Origin: a virus
Virus record (IMG/VR): IMGVR_UViG_3300043395_004142
Strand: one strand, 5' to 3'
DNA: 64,000 nucleotides
The notes beneath the pieces were generated by a model. That model saw only the letters and a program-made list of their open reading frames with translations. It did not search any database and was not told the DNA's origin. This document shows, piece after piece, positions 18,433 through 28,573 of this stretch. The position numbers and the translations under genes were made by a program. Each line of letters starts with the position of its first letter. The first letter of the stretch is position 1.

Positions 18433-18435
18433 GAC

Positions 18436-18807
18436 ATGAGCACCGAGCACGTGATCGAGTTCCGAAACGGCAGTTACTTTCAAGACCTCAGCTCGAACAA
18501 CGGCGGCCCCTACGCCACCGCACAGAAGTTCCCGACCAAGGACGCCGCGACGGCGTTCATGGACGAGCATGAGTGGATCTACCTCAACGGCGGCATGGCC
18601 GTGCCTGTCACGAAGGCTGAGGTTCAAACCTTCACGCAAGCACTCGACGACTATATCCTCGCTGCCTCCAAGCTCAATCAAGCGTGGCCTGATCACAACC
18701 CCGGCCACGACATCGCGGGCACAGGTTACCCCGAATACCTCCCGAGCTTCGACGAGTTCCTCCATGACGTCCTTCGATGGCGCGAAGCTGCTCGGAATGC
18801 CCGCTGA
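18436..18807 (+). CDS. hypothetical protein
   Basis: 123 aa, non-biased. Confidence 0.5.
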   Translation: MSTEHVIEFRNGSYFQDLSSNNGGPYATAQKFPTKDAATAFMDEHEWIYLNGGMAVPVTKAEVQTFTQALDDYILAASKLNQAWPDHNPGHDIAGTGYPEYLPSFDEFLHDVLRWREAARNAR

Positions 18808-19037
18808 CCCTTAGAAACATGGGCAGACGTCACAAGTGGGTTCACGAAGAGTTCCGAGGTCGTTGCACCGTGTGCGGCCTCACGTACATTGTGCGGCCGT
18901 ACCCGTACGAGCGCAGGTGGTTCAAAGAATGGTCCCGTCCAAATGAAGAGGGGCAAACCGTGGGGAAAACACCGCCTTGTTCGAAAGTCGAGGATCGCGG
19001 CGCCTAGCGAACGTAGACAAAGAAGGGGAGAACGATC

Positions 19038-19292
19038 ATGACGACGCGAACAGACAAGCAGGGTTACTCAACGAAAGTTACGGCGCTCGGCCGTGGGTTC
19101 GGTTGCCGCGTCCTCAAGGACAACAAGGTCGTTTCCGAGGGCTGGGCCCAAACCAAGATGGACATCGCGCCAATTCTACGCGAGATGCTCCGCATGATCG
19201 ACAAGTGCGGAAATCCGAGCGATATGGCCTCGGCCTCTAGAGAGCGCAACTACATCTGGAAGGGTCCATGGGCTACTTCGACATGCTTGTAG
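19038..19292 (+). CDS. hypothetical protein
   Basis: 84 aa. GGGGAG SD-like sequence upstream. Confidence 0.5.
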   Translation: MTTRTDKQGYSTKVTALGRGFGCRVLKDNKVVSEGWAQTKMDIAPILREMLRMIDKCGNPSDMASASRERNYIWKGPWATSTCL

Positions 19293-19422
19293 GGCGAGAC
19301 GGGGAAGGGCCTCGGGCTCATCCCTACAAGCATGTCGGTCGGGGATGTGATCCAGATCGGCAATCAGTTCTACTTTCTGGACCGGGATGGTTTCGTCCCC
19401 CTAAATTCCTGAGAGGGTTCCC

Positions 19423-19692
19423 ATGACGATGTGGTTCAACCGCAAGCCTGGTGATTTCGTCTCCCCGAGCACGGAAGAGGAAGGAGTCTCCCTCGTGGGC
19501 GACGAACCGCCCGACTGGGTGCGCCTCCCGCCCAAGTTAGGCGGCACGCAGCTCAAGGTGCTCTCGCACCATAAAGCTGAATGCCCTAAGTGCAAAACCG
19601 GCACCGTCCGGCACCTCACCCTTGCCGACAGCTACGGCGTTGCCGAATGTAAGGACTGCGGGTTTGTCTGGTATCGACAGGGGGTCCAATGA
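19423..19692 (+). CDS. hypothetical zinc-ribbon protein
   Basis: 89 aa with CPKC and CKDC pairs. Confidence 0.5.
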   Translation: MTMWFNRKPGDFVSPSTEEEGVSLVGDEPPDWVRLPPKLGGTQLKVLSHHKAECPKCKTGTVRHLTLADSYGVAECKDCGFVWYRQGVQ

Positions 19693-19931
19693 GCCTTCGT
19701 ACGATCCGTGACCTTCTGGACGGTCACGACGTGGCGTGGCTCCTCCGTGAGCTGAACGGCGCCGTGGCCGACACCATCGACGCAGGGGCCCTGGAAGCCC
19801 CCCAGGCGCTTCGTACGCTGGAGACGGCCCTCCGGTCGGTACTCTCTGACCCCGAAGCGCTTGACGCACTAAAAGAGGCCCTGGAAGAGGCCCTGGAAGA
19901 GGCCCTGGAAGAGGCCCTGGAAGACGCCTAA
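19689..19931 (+). CDS. hypothetical helical protein with (EEAL)n repeat
   Basis: 80 aa. ATGA overlap. The C-terminus is encoded by a 12-nt x4 tandem repeat. Confidence 0.45.
   Translation: MSLRTIRDLLDGHDVAWLLRELNGAVADTIDAGALEAPQALRTLETALRSVLSDPEALDALKEALEEALEEALEEALEDA
19875..19922 (+). repeat. 12-nt perfect tandem repeat x4 (gaggccctggaa) inside a CDS
   Basis: Four perfect copies read directly from the sequence. They encode EALEEALEEALEEAL. Confidence 0.8.
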
Positions 19932-20000
19932 AGAGGGATTGAAAATAACTTGGGATGACCGCCTCGACGATTCGTAGGACAGGAAAGGAAAACCTGAACC

Positions 20001-20180
20001 ATGAGAGCCTCTGCCAATCTCACGGTCGTCAAGGAAGAGGGGAAGTCCACCTTCACGGACGTTCTCGCGGCCTTGGAGGCATCCATCGCCACGTCGAAGA
20101 AGCGTACTCACAAGCCGCCGCCTCCCCCTGCCGCCGTCGAGGCCCCGGCCAAGAGGTCGCGTAAGAAGGCGGGCGCGTAG
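20001..20180 (+). CDS. hypothetical small basic protein
   Basis: 59-aa ORF below the ORF-track cutoff. GGAAAGGAA upstream; ends 2 nt before the ligase start. Preferred over the Arg/Gly-rich ORF 19955..20164. Confidence 0.4.
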   Translation: MRASANLTVVKEEGKSTFTDVLAALEASIATSKKRTHKPPPPPAAVEAPAKRSRKKAGA

Positions 20181-20181
20181 A

Positions 20182-21294
20182 ATGCCTAACCTCATCGAAG
20201 GTGCGCCGGTCTACATCCAGGGATCCGGCGCCAAGCCCTACGAGCTAAAGAACGTCGGGGGCATCTACTCCTGTAGCTGCCCCGCATGGCGCAACCAATC
20301 CGAGCCGATCAACCGCCGCACGTGCAAGCACCTTCGAGCCCATTGCGGCTCTGCCTCCGAGGACGCTCGCATCGCAGGAAAGGCGGCCCCCAGCCCCGGC
20401 CCTGCCAACGACGTGGTAGCGGAAGAGCGGGTCGTGAGAGCGACCCCGGAAGAGGCGCAACGCATCTTGGACCGCGCTGCCGAGCAAGGGCGCAAGCTCA
20501 GGCAGGACGAGAAGACCAAGCTCAACGGCCCGCCGCTGCTCTTGGCGCACCAGTTCAGTGACTTCGAGATCGACCCTACGGGCTGGTGGATGTCCGAAAA
20601 GCTCGACGGGAATCGGGGCTACTGGGACGGGAAGCGGATGGTCTCCCGACAGGGCAACGTCTTCTCGGCGCCGGACTTCTTTCGGAAGGGGCTCCCTGAC
20701 GTACCGCTCGACGGCGAGCTGTGGATGGGGCGCGGCAACTTCCAGGACACGGGCATCGTCCGCGCAGACAACGCGGGCGTCGAATGGGAGAAGGTTGTCT
20801 ATCTCGTGTTCGACCTACCCTCTAGCAAAGAGCCCTTCGAGGCCCGGATGGCGGAGTTGAAGCGGATCTTCGCCAAGAACAAGCCGCAGTTCGCGCGGGT
20901 TCACGAGCACATTCGCTGCGAGGGCAACGAGCACTTGACGCGAGCCCTGATCGATGTCACTGAAGCTGGCGGCGAGGGCATGATGCTCCGCAAGCCGGGC
21001 TCTCTCTACGTCGCCCGACGGAGCGAGACCCTCCTCAAGGTCATTCGCTGGAAAGAGGAGGAAGGCGTCGTCGTCGCTCACCTCCCGGGCAAGGGGAGGC
21101 ACAAGGGGAGCCTCGGAGCCATCACACTACGGCTTCCGAACGGCATCGAGTTCGACGTGGGCACGGGCTTTTCGGACAAAGAGCGCCGCACGCCCCCTAA
21201 GATGGGCGCCCTGGTGACGTTCAAGTACGGCCACAAGACCCGTGCGGGCAAGCCCCTCAAGGCGTCGTTCGTCCGGGTACGCGACTACGAGTGA
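20182..21294 (+). CDS. ATP-dependent DNA (or RNA) ligase with N-terminal SWIM-like CxC...CxH zinc finger
   Basis: Nucleotidyltransferase motif I EKLDGNR (KxDG) and DGELW are present. The size is that of T7/Chlorella-virus minimal ligases. N-terminal CSCPAW...CKHL. Confidence 0.7.
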   Translation: MPNLIEGAPVYIQGSGAKPYELKNVGGIYSCSCPAWRNQSEPINRRTCKHLRAHCGSASEDARIAGKAAPSPGPANDVVAEERVVRATPEEAQRILDRAAEQGRKLRQDEKTKLNGPPLLLAHQFSDFEIDPTGWWMSEKLDGNRGYWDGKRMVSRQGNVFSAPDFFRKGLPDVPLDGELWMGRGNFQDTGIVRADNAGVEWEKVVYLVFDLPSSKEPFEARMAELKRIFAKNKPQFARVHEHIRCEGNEHLTRALIDVTEAGGEGMMLRKPGSLYVARRSETLLKVIRWKEEEGVVVAHLPGKGRHKGSLGAITLRLPNGIEFDVGTGFSDKERRTPPKMGALVTFKYGHKTRAGKPLKASFVRVRDYE

Positions 21295-21488
21295 GGAACG
21301 CCATGCCGAAGACCTGGCTCATCGTACTCGACCGCGCACTCGGCAAGATTACCTGGGCCGTGAACCACGCGCGGCACAGCATCGAACTACACAAGGTGCA
21401 TGACGCTGAGCTTCAACGTCGGCTACAAGCCGTGGATTCCGCCGTCGAGAGCGTTCAGAAGTATCTCCGTTCGCGTGAGGCGGAGTAG
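21291..21488 (+). CDS. hypothetical protein
   Basis: 65 aa. Overlaps the ligase stop. Confidence 0.4.
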   Translation: MRNAMPKTWLIVLDRALGKITWAVNHARHSIELHKVHDAELQRRLQAVDSAVESVQKYLRSREAE

Positions 21489-21508
21489 CTCGGGTGTAGA
21501 AGAGGGAC

Positions 21509-21949
21509 ATGCCTCTTACTGAGATGCAGGCACGGGCCCTAGAAGTCCTCGACTGGCTCTTCGACGACAGTGACTGTAACCGTGCGCAGGGCCGCACGAC
21601 GGTCTATGCTATTGCACTGATTCGAGCCGCGCTTCGGCAGCCAGGGCACCCCGTAGAAGTCTGCGCCCATACCTACCCCGACGTTCGCGCCAACCGGGAC
21701 GTTCTCTGGCGTATCGTGCGCGGTATGATCGATCGCGACTACATACGAGTCTTCATGGAATTCGATCCCCGTCGACAATACATCCTGAGCACGTCGCACA
21801 GCCCTGTTCTCAACTGGATCCCTGATCTTGGTCCCCCGTGGACGCCGCCCCTACTTCAACGGGTAACCCTACAAGGGTTCAAGCTCAACGAGAGCCTGGG
21901 TCCTCGAAAGACTGCCTGGGAGATGCTGCTCGATGATGGAGGGCTGTGA
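21509..21949 (+). CDS. hypothetical protein
   Basis: 146 aa. Confidence 0.5.
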   Translation: MPLTEMQARALEVLDWLFDDSDCNRAQGRTTVYAIALIRAALRQPGHPVEVCAHTYPDVRANRDVLWRIVRGMIDRDYIRVFMEFDPRRQYILSTSHSPVLNWIPDLGPPWTPPLLQRVTLQGFKLNESLGPRKTAWEMLLDDGGL

Positions 21950-21993
21950 TTTTGGGTTGGGATCGTGGCCGACCGGGATCGTAGATACAGGAC

Positions 21994-22266
21994 ATGGGCA
22001 CCTCACGCACGGTTCGGTTCACGGTTCACTACTCGGTTGACCACGGCGTCTGGACCCCCGGGGAGTGGCGGATGCGCCCCCGATTCAACGGGCAAGCCCC
22101 CGCGCACGGGCAGGCAACGCCCGAGAACCTCAAGAAGCACGTCGAGCACGTCGAAGCTTCGACACAACCAGGCGGGGTCAACGCTCACATCGGCGTGACC
22201 AAGATCCTCTCCGCCCGCATCGTGGACAACTTCACGGGCGAAACTCTCGCAACCTACAAAGCGTGA
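21994..22266 (+). CDS. hypothetical protein
   Basis: 90 aa. Confidence 0.45.
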   Translation: MGTSRTVRFTVHYSVDHGVWTPGEWRMRPRFNGQAPAHGQATPENLKKHVEHVEASTQPGGVNAHIGVTKILSARIVDNFTGETLATYKA

Positions 22267-22343
22267 ACCGACTGTACCGAAAAAGATCGGGTTGTCGAGG
22301 GTCGGAAGATCCCTAACGAGGGCGCGGGTGGTAAAGGGAGGGG

Positions 22344-23285
22344 ATGTTGACAACACTGAACAAGGAAGCCCTGGCAGAGCTGGCCTTCAAGATCTGGAGC
22401 GCTATCGGGTTCAGGCGCGGCCTAACGGGGCAAGAGGTCCGAGAGGCCATTGAATCGGCCTCAACGGGTGCTGATATTTTGGCACTCCTGCTCGTAAGTC
22501 CAGATGGGCAGATCGTTTTGCAGGGGCTGGCTCGATGGGCTTGGGAAAGCTTCCCCTCGATTCTCCTCGGGCACAAGTATGCCGCTGCTCTTCTCGCGAC
22601 AGAGACCCCTCTGAGCATCCTTCGCGAGGTGGCCCCTCCATGGGAGGGGTTCATGATCGACGTACCCACGGGATTACTATGGGTGAACGATCCTGCCCTC
22701 GGGCGAGACGTGGAAGTGCGGCGCATCCTCGCATGTCAGATCATGCACGAGGGATCCCCCGGCCCGTCACCAGGAGGGCTTAAATGGGCGTGGCTTGCCT
22801 TCACTGAGTCCCACGTATCCCTCTGGCGCTACGGGGTGGACGCCGAAGGACTTCTCCCACCGGATCTGGAAGGTAACGCTTGGGAGGGTTCGCCGCTGCT
22901 CCTCGACACCACCGATCAAGACGACCGAACGTGCACGCTCATTGGCCGGCTGATCCTCAACACTTGCCTCGCCATGCGGGACCCGGATTTCATCCGAGAG
23001 GCAGGACCTGGGCACGAAATCCACCGGCGAGCCGCCGCTCGACAAATGCGCCCCCTGCGTCCCGTACCACGGATCTTCCGCGTTGGAAAGGACGTCTCTA
23101 TCGACCTTCGAGGTGTGGTCCGGAACTACCTTCAACACGGAAAGAAGCTCCAAGCAACTCAATATGTCATAGGACACTGGAAGAGGGTACCTTACGGACC
23201 GAATAGCTCGCTTCGCAAAATAGTCTGGATCATGCCATACGAGCGCGGCCCAGATACGACAGAAATGGTTGGGATCCGCCTCTAA
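22344..23285 (+). CDS. hypothetical protein
   Basis: 313 aa, non-biased. Confidence 0.55.
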   Translation: MLTTLNKEALAELAFKIWSAIGFRRGLTGQEVREAIESASTGADILALLLVSPDGQIVLQGLARWAWESFPSILLGHKYAAALLATETPLSILREVAPPWEGFMIDVPTGLLWVNDPALGRDVEVRRILACQIMHEGSPGPSPGGLKWAWLAFTESHVSLWRYGVDAEGLLPPDLEGNAWEGSPLLLDTTDQDDRTCTLIGRLILNTCLAMRDPDFIREAGPGHEIHRRAAARQMRPLRPVPRIFRVGKDVSIDLRGVVRNYLQHGKKLQATQYVIGHWKRVPYGPNSSLRKIVWIMPYERGPDTTEMVGIRL

Positions 23286-23305
23286 CTCAAATCGTAGGAA
23301 ACCCC

Positions 23306-23611
23306 ATGACTATCAGAGCCGACGTAACTCAAGAGGGAGTGCGCACGCTCATCGTGGACCCCGGCAATGCGTCCCGTTATGTCATCATCCTTGCGCGGCT
23401 CCCCGATGAGGCGTGCCGTGCTCTCGGAGCTGACCCCGGGTCATTTCTCGTCGCGGTCCCCAACCAAGGGTCTAAGACGATGTTACTCTCACCGGACGGG
23501 TTCGCATCCGCTACATACATTCACGAGAAGCTTGCCCTCTCATGGAGAGATGCGGAGATCATCGAGGCCATCCTTCAATCTCAGTGTGCCAAGCCATCCG
23601 GCCCTTTCTAA
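23306..23611 (+). CDS. hypothetical protein
   Basis: 101 aa. Confidence 0.5.
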   Translation: MTIRADVTQEGVRTLIVDPGNASRYVIILARLPDEACRALGADPGSFLVAVPNQGSKTMLLSPDGFASATYIHEKLALSWRDAEIIEAILQSQCAKPSGPF

Positions 23612-23658
23612 CAGGCATTGAAGCCTTTACAACCAGGTCTTCCACCCTGGTTCAATTC

Positions 23659-23712
23659 GTATGACGCCAAAGCACGGAGAGGTCCGTATGACGCCAAAGC
23701 ACGGAGAAGTCC
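23659..23712 (+). repeat. 27-nt tandem duplication x2 (1 mismatch)
   Basis: gtatgacgccaaagcacggaga[g/a]gtcc occurs twice back to back. Each copy includes an ATG. Confidence 0.8.
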
Positions 23713-23930
23713 GCCACCACGGCCTTCGAAGGGTCGATGGGAAAGAGACAACATACGAGGACAAGCAAGGGCGACTGGTGTACCGGGGCCCTACGCTCCC
23801 CGTCGTGGAGAGCGTGACCGAAACCTACTGCACCCACTGCAAGACGTGGGTGCAAACCAACGGTATCATGGGTCCCCTCAAGTACATGGCCGAGCACCGG
23901 GACGGAGACTGCGTGAAGGCGAAGCCATGA
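23661..23930 (+). CDS. hypothetical Cys-containing protein with duplicated N-terminus
   Basis: 89 aa. MTPKHGEVR is encoded twice by a 27-nt tandem duplication. CTHC...C..C. Confidence 0.45.
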   Translation: MTPKHGEVRMTPKHGEVRHHGLRRVDGKETTYEDKQGRLVYRGPTLPVVESVTETYCTHCKTWVQTNGIMGPLKYMAEHRDGDCVKAKP

Positions 23931-24346
23931 GCAAGCACAAGCCTTACGGGATGATGACCCCGTGTGAGAACTGCCCGTTCCGTTCAGACGTGCAGCCTTA
24001 CATCCACCCGACGCGCGTTCGAGAGATCGAGCGTAGCCTCATACGGTCGGAGTTCCCCTGCCACAAGACCACGACCCATGACGAGGAGGGGGAGCAGGTC
24101 CGATCGGGCGAAGAGATGCACTGCGCGGGGGCCCTCATCCTCATGGAGAAGGAAGGACGTTCCTCGCAGATGATGCGGATTTCGGAGCGCCTCGGGATGT
24201 ACGACTCCCGCAAGCTCGACATGGGCGCCCCTGTCTACGACTCCTTCGACGCCATGTTCGAGGCTCACCGCGCGGCCGAGAGGAAGACCGTCACCAAGGC
24301 AAAGAAGGTCCAGAAGGATTCCGCCGCCACCCGGCGGCGGTCGTAG
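23927..24346 (+). CDS. hypothetical zinc-binding protein (CENCPF...CHK...HC)
   Basis: 139 aa from the ATG that overlaps the previous stop (ATGA). A partial decayed copy is at 60134..60296. Confidence 0.5.
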   Translation: MSKHKPYGMMTPCENCPFRSDVQPYIHPTRVREIERSLIRSEFPCHKTTTHDEEGEQVRSGEEMHCAGALILMEKEGRSSQMMRISERLGMYDSRKLDMGAPVYDSFDAMFEAHRAAERKTVTKAKKVQKDSAATRRRS

Positions 24347-24375
24347 GAGTAGGGGCGCGCGTAGCCCATACCTCT

Positions 24376-24585
24376 CTACGGGCTGGAACAGTAGACTATG
24401 CCCTCCCGGACAAGCCGGCGTGTCTCCGTCCTGAACTGGCCCTTGGCAGCCTTTCGACACATCCGCTTGAAGTCACGGAGGTTCGAAAGCTTCCGGCAGC
24501 ACGGGCACCCGTATATCCCGCGTTTCGTCGGGGACGCGCTCGCGCAGAAGGGCTTTTGAAACTTACGAAAGTCGTCCTTTGTCAT
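24376..24585 (-). CDS. hypothetical Cys-rich small protein
   Basis: 69 aa with CPCC. ATGA overlap with upstream gene 24582..26126. Confidence 0.45.
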   Translation of the reverse strand: MTKDDFRKFQKPFCASASPTKRGIYGCPCCRKLSNLRDFKRMCRKAAKGQFRTETRRLVREGIVYCSSP

Positions 24586-26126
24586 CGGCGCCGGGCTGGA
24601 AGGGCAAGACCCCTAGACCACGTGTTGTGGAGACGGTTCTGTCCCCAATCACCTTCTCCCCACGCTACACGTACACCAAGGAGTCGCCCGACGCCACGAA
24701 GAATGTCTTCCTCGGACTCTTCCAATAGGCCGCGGCTCACGGAGTCCCGATCGACCTCGACGGTGGCCGACGCTTGCCCATCGTCTTGGACATCGACGAC
24801 TAGGCTCACGGTCAGCGACTCACATCGAACATCGTACTCCTGGACGCCGGGCCTAGTGAGGGGGCTCATCGCCGCGATCTTGGCGCCCCCAGATCGCATA
24901 ATTTCCCTAAAGAACCATCGCGTCCAAGGGCCAAGAACGCCAGGCCCCTGGAGGATATAGAACCTAAATGCCTCCGCGAAGGCTTCTGTAGGGCTCGTTG
25001 TCGCGTATTCAGAGATTGCTTCGATGTGAACCTTCTCCCCTACGCCCAACCGAAGCAACGCTTCTCGTAGACCCGCGATATCATCGTTACGGAGGCCCAT
25101 AGGGCGAGACCAAAAGGCAAGCGCCTTGAACTTGGCCTCTTTGATAGGGTCTTCTTCGTCCACGGCTCGGACGAGATCTTTCGTGGACCATAGGTCCGTG
25201 TGCTTCACGAGGAACGTATTGACGTACTCATTTACGTCATCGGCGTCGATGACGTGAGTCCGCTCAGTAAAAACCTCTTCCCAACGTGCACGTGCTTGCG
25301 GGGTCAAGTTGCGGAACCAGAAGCGGTGACCCACCTCATGCGTGAACGTTCCCCCATCGCTTTTGATGAATCCCAGGGGAAAGACCTGCATCGTATCTGT
25401 TGCCGCGTTGTACTGGCCTGCCGTAAGACCCGTAGGGCGCCCAAGTTTCTCCGGATCGGCAAACTGAACGCTGACCGTCATCCCCTTGAGGGCGTCTCCG
25501 AACCCAGCACGCTCGATCCGCTTTGCGAAACCATCGAGCTTACGCATGAAATCATCGAGATCCTCCTCGTAGGCGCCGTTGTCATCATCACGGCCAAAGT
25601 TGTAGACGACGACGTTCATCCCTGCGATCGAATGCTTCTCAATCGCATCGCGCCGCTCTAGAGGTCCCTTACGTTCCTGATCCTCGATGTACTCCTCAAT
25701 GACCTTGAACGCCTCCGTGAACTCCTTCTGATACCTACGTACGTTCTTTTCGATGTCCTGTGCAAGCTTCGAGGGAGAATCCTGATGTGTGTCTGTCTTG
25801 TAGTCCCATACGGATGGAAAGAGTCCGCCCAGCGAGATAGCTGCGTCCCAAGCCTTTGTTCGGACTTGCTCTTCTAGCCAGCCTTTACCCTCTTTCTTGT
25901 TCGTAGGGAGCAAATGCCGGTAGACCCAATCCTCAAAATTCTTGCGAAATCCATTGAAGAGCTGGCGCGCCTCCCGGAACAGATCCAGCCGGTCCTCTTC
26001 CTTCGCCGCGGGAATCGATCTGTAGATCTTTGTCATTCGACGAAGATCGGCCTTCCAGCGCTCTACATCATGCTTGGTGATAGCAGCGGCCTGACGCCGG
26101 TCATAGGAGTATCGCTGGTAGTCCAT
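24582..26126 (-). CDS. HExxH zinc-metallopeptidase-like protein (paralog of 8739..10526)
   Basis: 514 aa. FTHEVGHRFWFRNL and TEAFAEAFRFYIL are present. Confidence 0.6.
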   Translation of the reverse strand: MDYQRYSYDRRQAAAITKHDVERWKADLRRMTKIYRSIPAAKEEDRLDLFREARQLFNGFRKNFEDWVYRHLLPTNKKEGKGWLEEQVRTKAWDAAISLGGLFPSVWDYKTDTHQDSPSKLAQDIEKNVRRYQKEFTEAFKVIEEYIEDQERKGPLERRDAIEKHSIAGMNVVVYNFGRDDDNGAYEEDLDDFMRKLDGFAKRIERAGFGDALKGMTVSVQFADPEKLGRPTGLTAGQYNAATDTMQVFPLGFIKSDGGTFTHEVGHRFWFRNLTPQARARWEEVFTERTHVIDADDVNEYVNTFLVKHTDLWSTKDLVRAVDEEDPIKEAKFKALAFWSRPMGLRNDDIAGLREALLRLGVGEKVHIEAISEYATTSPTEAFAEAFRFYILQGPGVLGPWTRWFFREIMRSGGAKIAAMSPLTRPGVQEYDVRCESLTVSLVVDVQDDGQASATVEVDRDSVSRGLLEESEEDILRGVGRLLGVRVAWGEGDWGQNRLHNTWSRGLALPARRR

Positions 26127-26227
26127 GCCTACCCAACGGAATAGAAGGAATCCTTAGCCCTTAGTTAGGAACATATGAGAACTCCCAACGTACTGGAAAA
26201 GGCGGGCTTAACGGCGTAACCAGGCAC

Positions 26228-26659
26228 CTATACGCCACCGCAGAGGATTCCACGCCAGTTGTGAACAAATACCCCGCGGCCCTGCTTAGTATTAGAAATC
26301 ATGCCTAAGAGGAAAGGTGACGTGACGGCAATAGCCACCCCTTTCGGTATGAGAACGCTCTCGTAAATAGAGTAGCTGCCCTCCTCGAAAGGCGTGTGGG
26401 GCGCCACCAGAATCGAACTAACATCGAGATCTGAGGCTGCGAAGTCAGAGAACACCTTGAGGTACTCTAGCTTGGTTACCGTACGATTATGAAGGATTGC
26501 GGCCAATTGTATCTGGCCTAGGATTTCTATAGCGACCTCTTGGTCGCTCATCTCTCGAAGGGGGAGTCGGATCTTCCCCGTGGGGGTATCGTACCAGGGC
26601 ACCCCTAAATGAAAAGTGTCCTCGTAGAGAAGTTCCAGAAGGTTTGTCCGCCGCATCAC
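26228..26659 (-). CDS. hypothetical protein
   Basis: 143 aa. Confidence 0.45.
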   Translation of the reverse strand: MMRRTNLLELLYEDTFHLGVPWYDTPTGKIRLPLREMSDQEVAIEILGQIQLAAILHNRTVTKLEYLKVFSDFAASDLDVSSILVAPHTPFEEGSYSIYESVLIPKGVAIAVTSPFLLGMISNTKQGRGVFVHNWRGILCGGV

Positions 26660-26946
26660 ATGCAGCCGTGTGCGATCCAGCCCAACCCTAGGATCACGAA
26701 GGGGCTAACGACCGTGTTGCGGATAAGCTTCTCGGCAGCATCCTTGGGTCTATACTCACTATCTATGCTTAGGTCGCGGGGCAAAAACGCAAAGACTGTG
26801 AGGGCCAGACCGTAGGCAGCCACCATCCCAAGGGAGGGTAGGCCAAAGAGGGGTACCATAAACCACCCCCACATGGTCTTGAGCACGAAGGCTCGAATGA
26901 AGGGGGTCACCACGATGCATAGAAAGAGAACTGGAGCGTAGGCCAT
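26656..26946 (-). CDS. small membrane protein (2-3 TM; holin-like topology)
   Basis: 96 aa with hydrophobic segments FLCIVVTPFIRAFVL, WFMVPLFGLPSLGMVAAYGLALTVFAF and VVSPFVILGLGWI. Confidence 0.45.
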   Translation of the reverse strand: MAYAPVLFLCIVVTPFIRAFVLKTMWGWFMVPLFGLPSLGMVAAYGLALTVFAFLPRDLSIDSEYRPKDAAEKLIRNTVVSPFVILGLGWIAHGCM

Positions 26947-27126
26947 AACACTCTTTTACACCGCGCGGGCTCTGCCCGAGGGATTAGAAAAGGTCGAGGA
27001 TTGCAGAAAGGGTTGTTACGACGGCTACAAATGTTCCTACTGCGACCACGAAGCACGAATAGAAGAGCCGAATCGACGGGGCATTGATAGGGCATTGATG
27101 GGACCGTTACGACAGAGGAAGCCTTC

Positions 27127-27753
27127 ATGGATCGCACGACCACCATTCGACTCGTCGCCGCCCGGTTCACGAACCGTGTAGCCCTAAATATTGGGGATAC
27201 CTTCGAGAATGAGAAGTGGCGGATCCACCGCTACTCCAACTCAATCGTCATCACAGACCTGGCGAACGCTGGCAAGCGGGGCAAGAAGGTTGACTCCTGG
27301 GTGGTAATGAGCCGAAGCGGGCTCAACAACGATCTACCCCTGGAGAGCATGGCGATGGAGTATATCCTCTGGGCCAAGCGGGGTGTCGACGGCGCTAAGA
27401 TGAAGGCCGTGATCGACGAAGAGCAAGAGGCTTTTGGCGATACGATGACGGTCTACATCCGACAGGAGCGTGGCGTTGACGTGATGCCAGGAGGCTTCGA
27501 GCCATTCCAGCTCAAGACGAACAAGATCTTCGTCGAGGTTACGCCTAGGGACTTCACGGTCAAGAATCTCTCCGACGTCAACAACGATCCGACGTGCATC
27601 CCTGCATCCAAAGGCGGGCTGAAGAGCATACCGACCTTTTACGCATGGGTCAAGGACAACGAGGCCAAGCTGAAGGGCATGGACTATGGACAAGTGCTGT
27701 CGGTTATGGATAACCTCGGGGTCAAGTACCACGACTTTTGCGCGATGGATTGA
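27127..27753 (+). CDS. hypothetical protein
   Basis: 208 aa. Confidence 0.5.
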   Translation: MDRTTTIRLVAARFTNRVALNIGDTFENEKWRIHRYSNSIVITDLANAGKRGKKVDSWVVMSRSGLNNDLPLESMAMEYILWAKRGVDGAKMKAVIDEEQEAFGDTMTVYIRQERGVDVMPGGFEPFQLKTNKIFVEVTPRDFTVKNLSDVNNDPTCIPASKGGLKSIPTFYAWVKDNEAKLKGMDYGQVLSVMDNLGVKYHDFCAMD

Positions 27754-27756
27754 CCG

Positions 27757-28557
27757 ATGAGTAACCTGATACGTCGAGTTTTCGAACGCTTCCTCCAGGC
27801 TGGGGCCGTGATGCCCTTCAAGCCCAAAGCTGGGGTGCCCACCATCCCCATCGCGGGCCGCAAGTACGTCCTTTCCACCGACGGGGGACCTCTTGGGGAT
27901 CGCGAGTACGACCCTCCACCGGGTATCGAACGAGGGGAGGGGGGTGCTCGGGTCATCACAGGGCCGCAGGGTACGAAGTGGAAATACCTCTGGGCCTACG
28001 ACATCGACAAGCAATTCTTGGCGATGTGGCGTGTTTCGGATGGTAATGAGAAAATGGGGGGATCGGCCAGGAATGAGCAAGGAAGGATCGTCCGACTCGA
28101 AAAGAAGGGTCAGCTCAACCGGGTGACGCACGAAGAATTCCGCCAGGTGGAGGCGGAGATGCGTCAACGAGAAGCCGATACGATCCGGGAGTTGCAAAAA
28201 GTCGTCGAAGAGAGCAAAGATGACGCGATCCAGGCTGTAGACAAGTATACGCGAGAGTTCTTCTCGAAGAACGTTGAGTCCAAGCTCCAGCGCGCGCTTG
28301 CGGACATCGACCGCGGCGTTGTTCCGATCGGGTTCAAGCCCTTTGGCCCTGGGGAGGATGATCCCGCGTGGAAGCGTCGCCAGATGTTCTCCCACGTGCT
28401 CAGAAAAGTCTTCGAGCGAGAGATGCCACTTGCAAAGGTCGAAGGCTACCTCACGTCCAAAGGTGTGAACGTAGAAGAGGCAGGCCAGTGGGTCGAATGG
28501 GCGATTGGTGACGTGCGTGACGCCGCTATCGAAAAGTACCTGCCCCCACGGCCCTAG
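27757..28557 (+). CDS. hypothetical protein
   Basis: 266 aa. Followed by a GC hairpin. Confidence 0.5.
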   Translation: MSNLIRRVFERFLQAGAVMPFKPKAGVPTIPIAGRKYVLSTDGGPLGDREYDPPPGIERGEGGARVITGPQGTKWKYLWAYDIDKQFLAMWRVSDGNEKMGGSARNEQGRIVRLEKKGQLNRVTHEEFRQVEAEMRQREADTIRELQKVVEESKDDAIQAVDKYTREFFSKNVESKLQRALADIDRGVVPIGFKPFGPGEDDPAWKRRQMFSHVLRKVFEREMPLAKVEGYLTSKGVNVEEAGQWVEWAIGDVRDAAIEKYLPPRP

Positions 28558-28573
28558 CCATCCCCTTGGGAAG

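Noticed and set aside
19861-19931. CRISPR-like short repeats
   Set aside because: The 12-nt repeats are contiguous with no spacers and lie in frame inside a CDS. No CRISPR array architecture was seen anywhere in the window.
23618-23926. N-terminal 103 residues of ORF 23618..24346
   Set aside because: Arg/Pro/Gly-rich, and it overlaps ORF 23661..23930 in another frame. An in-frame ATG at 23927 overlapping the upstream stop (ATGA) gives a sensible 139-aa protein.
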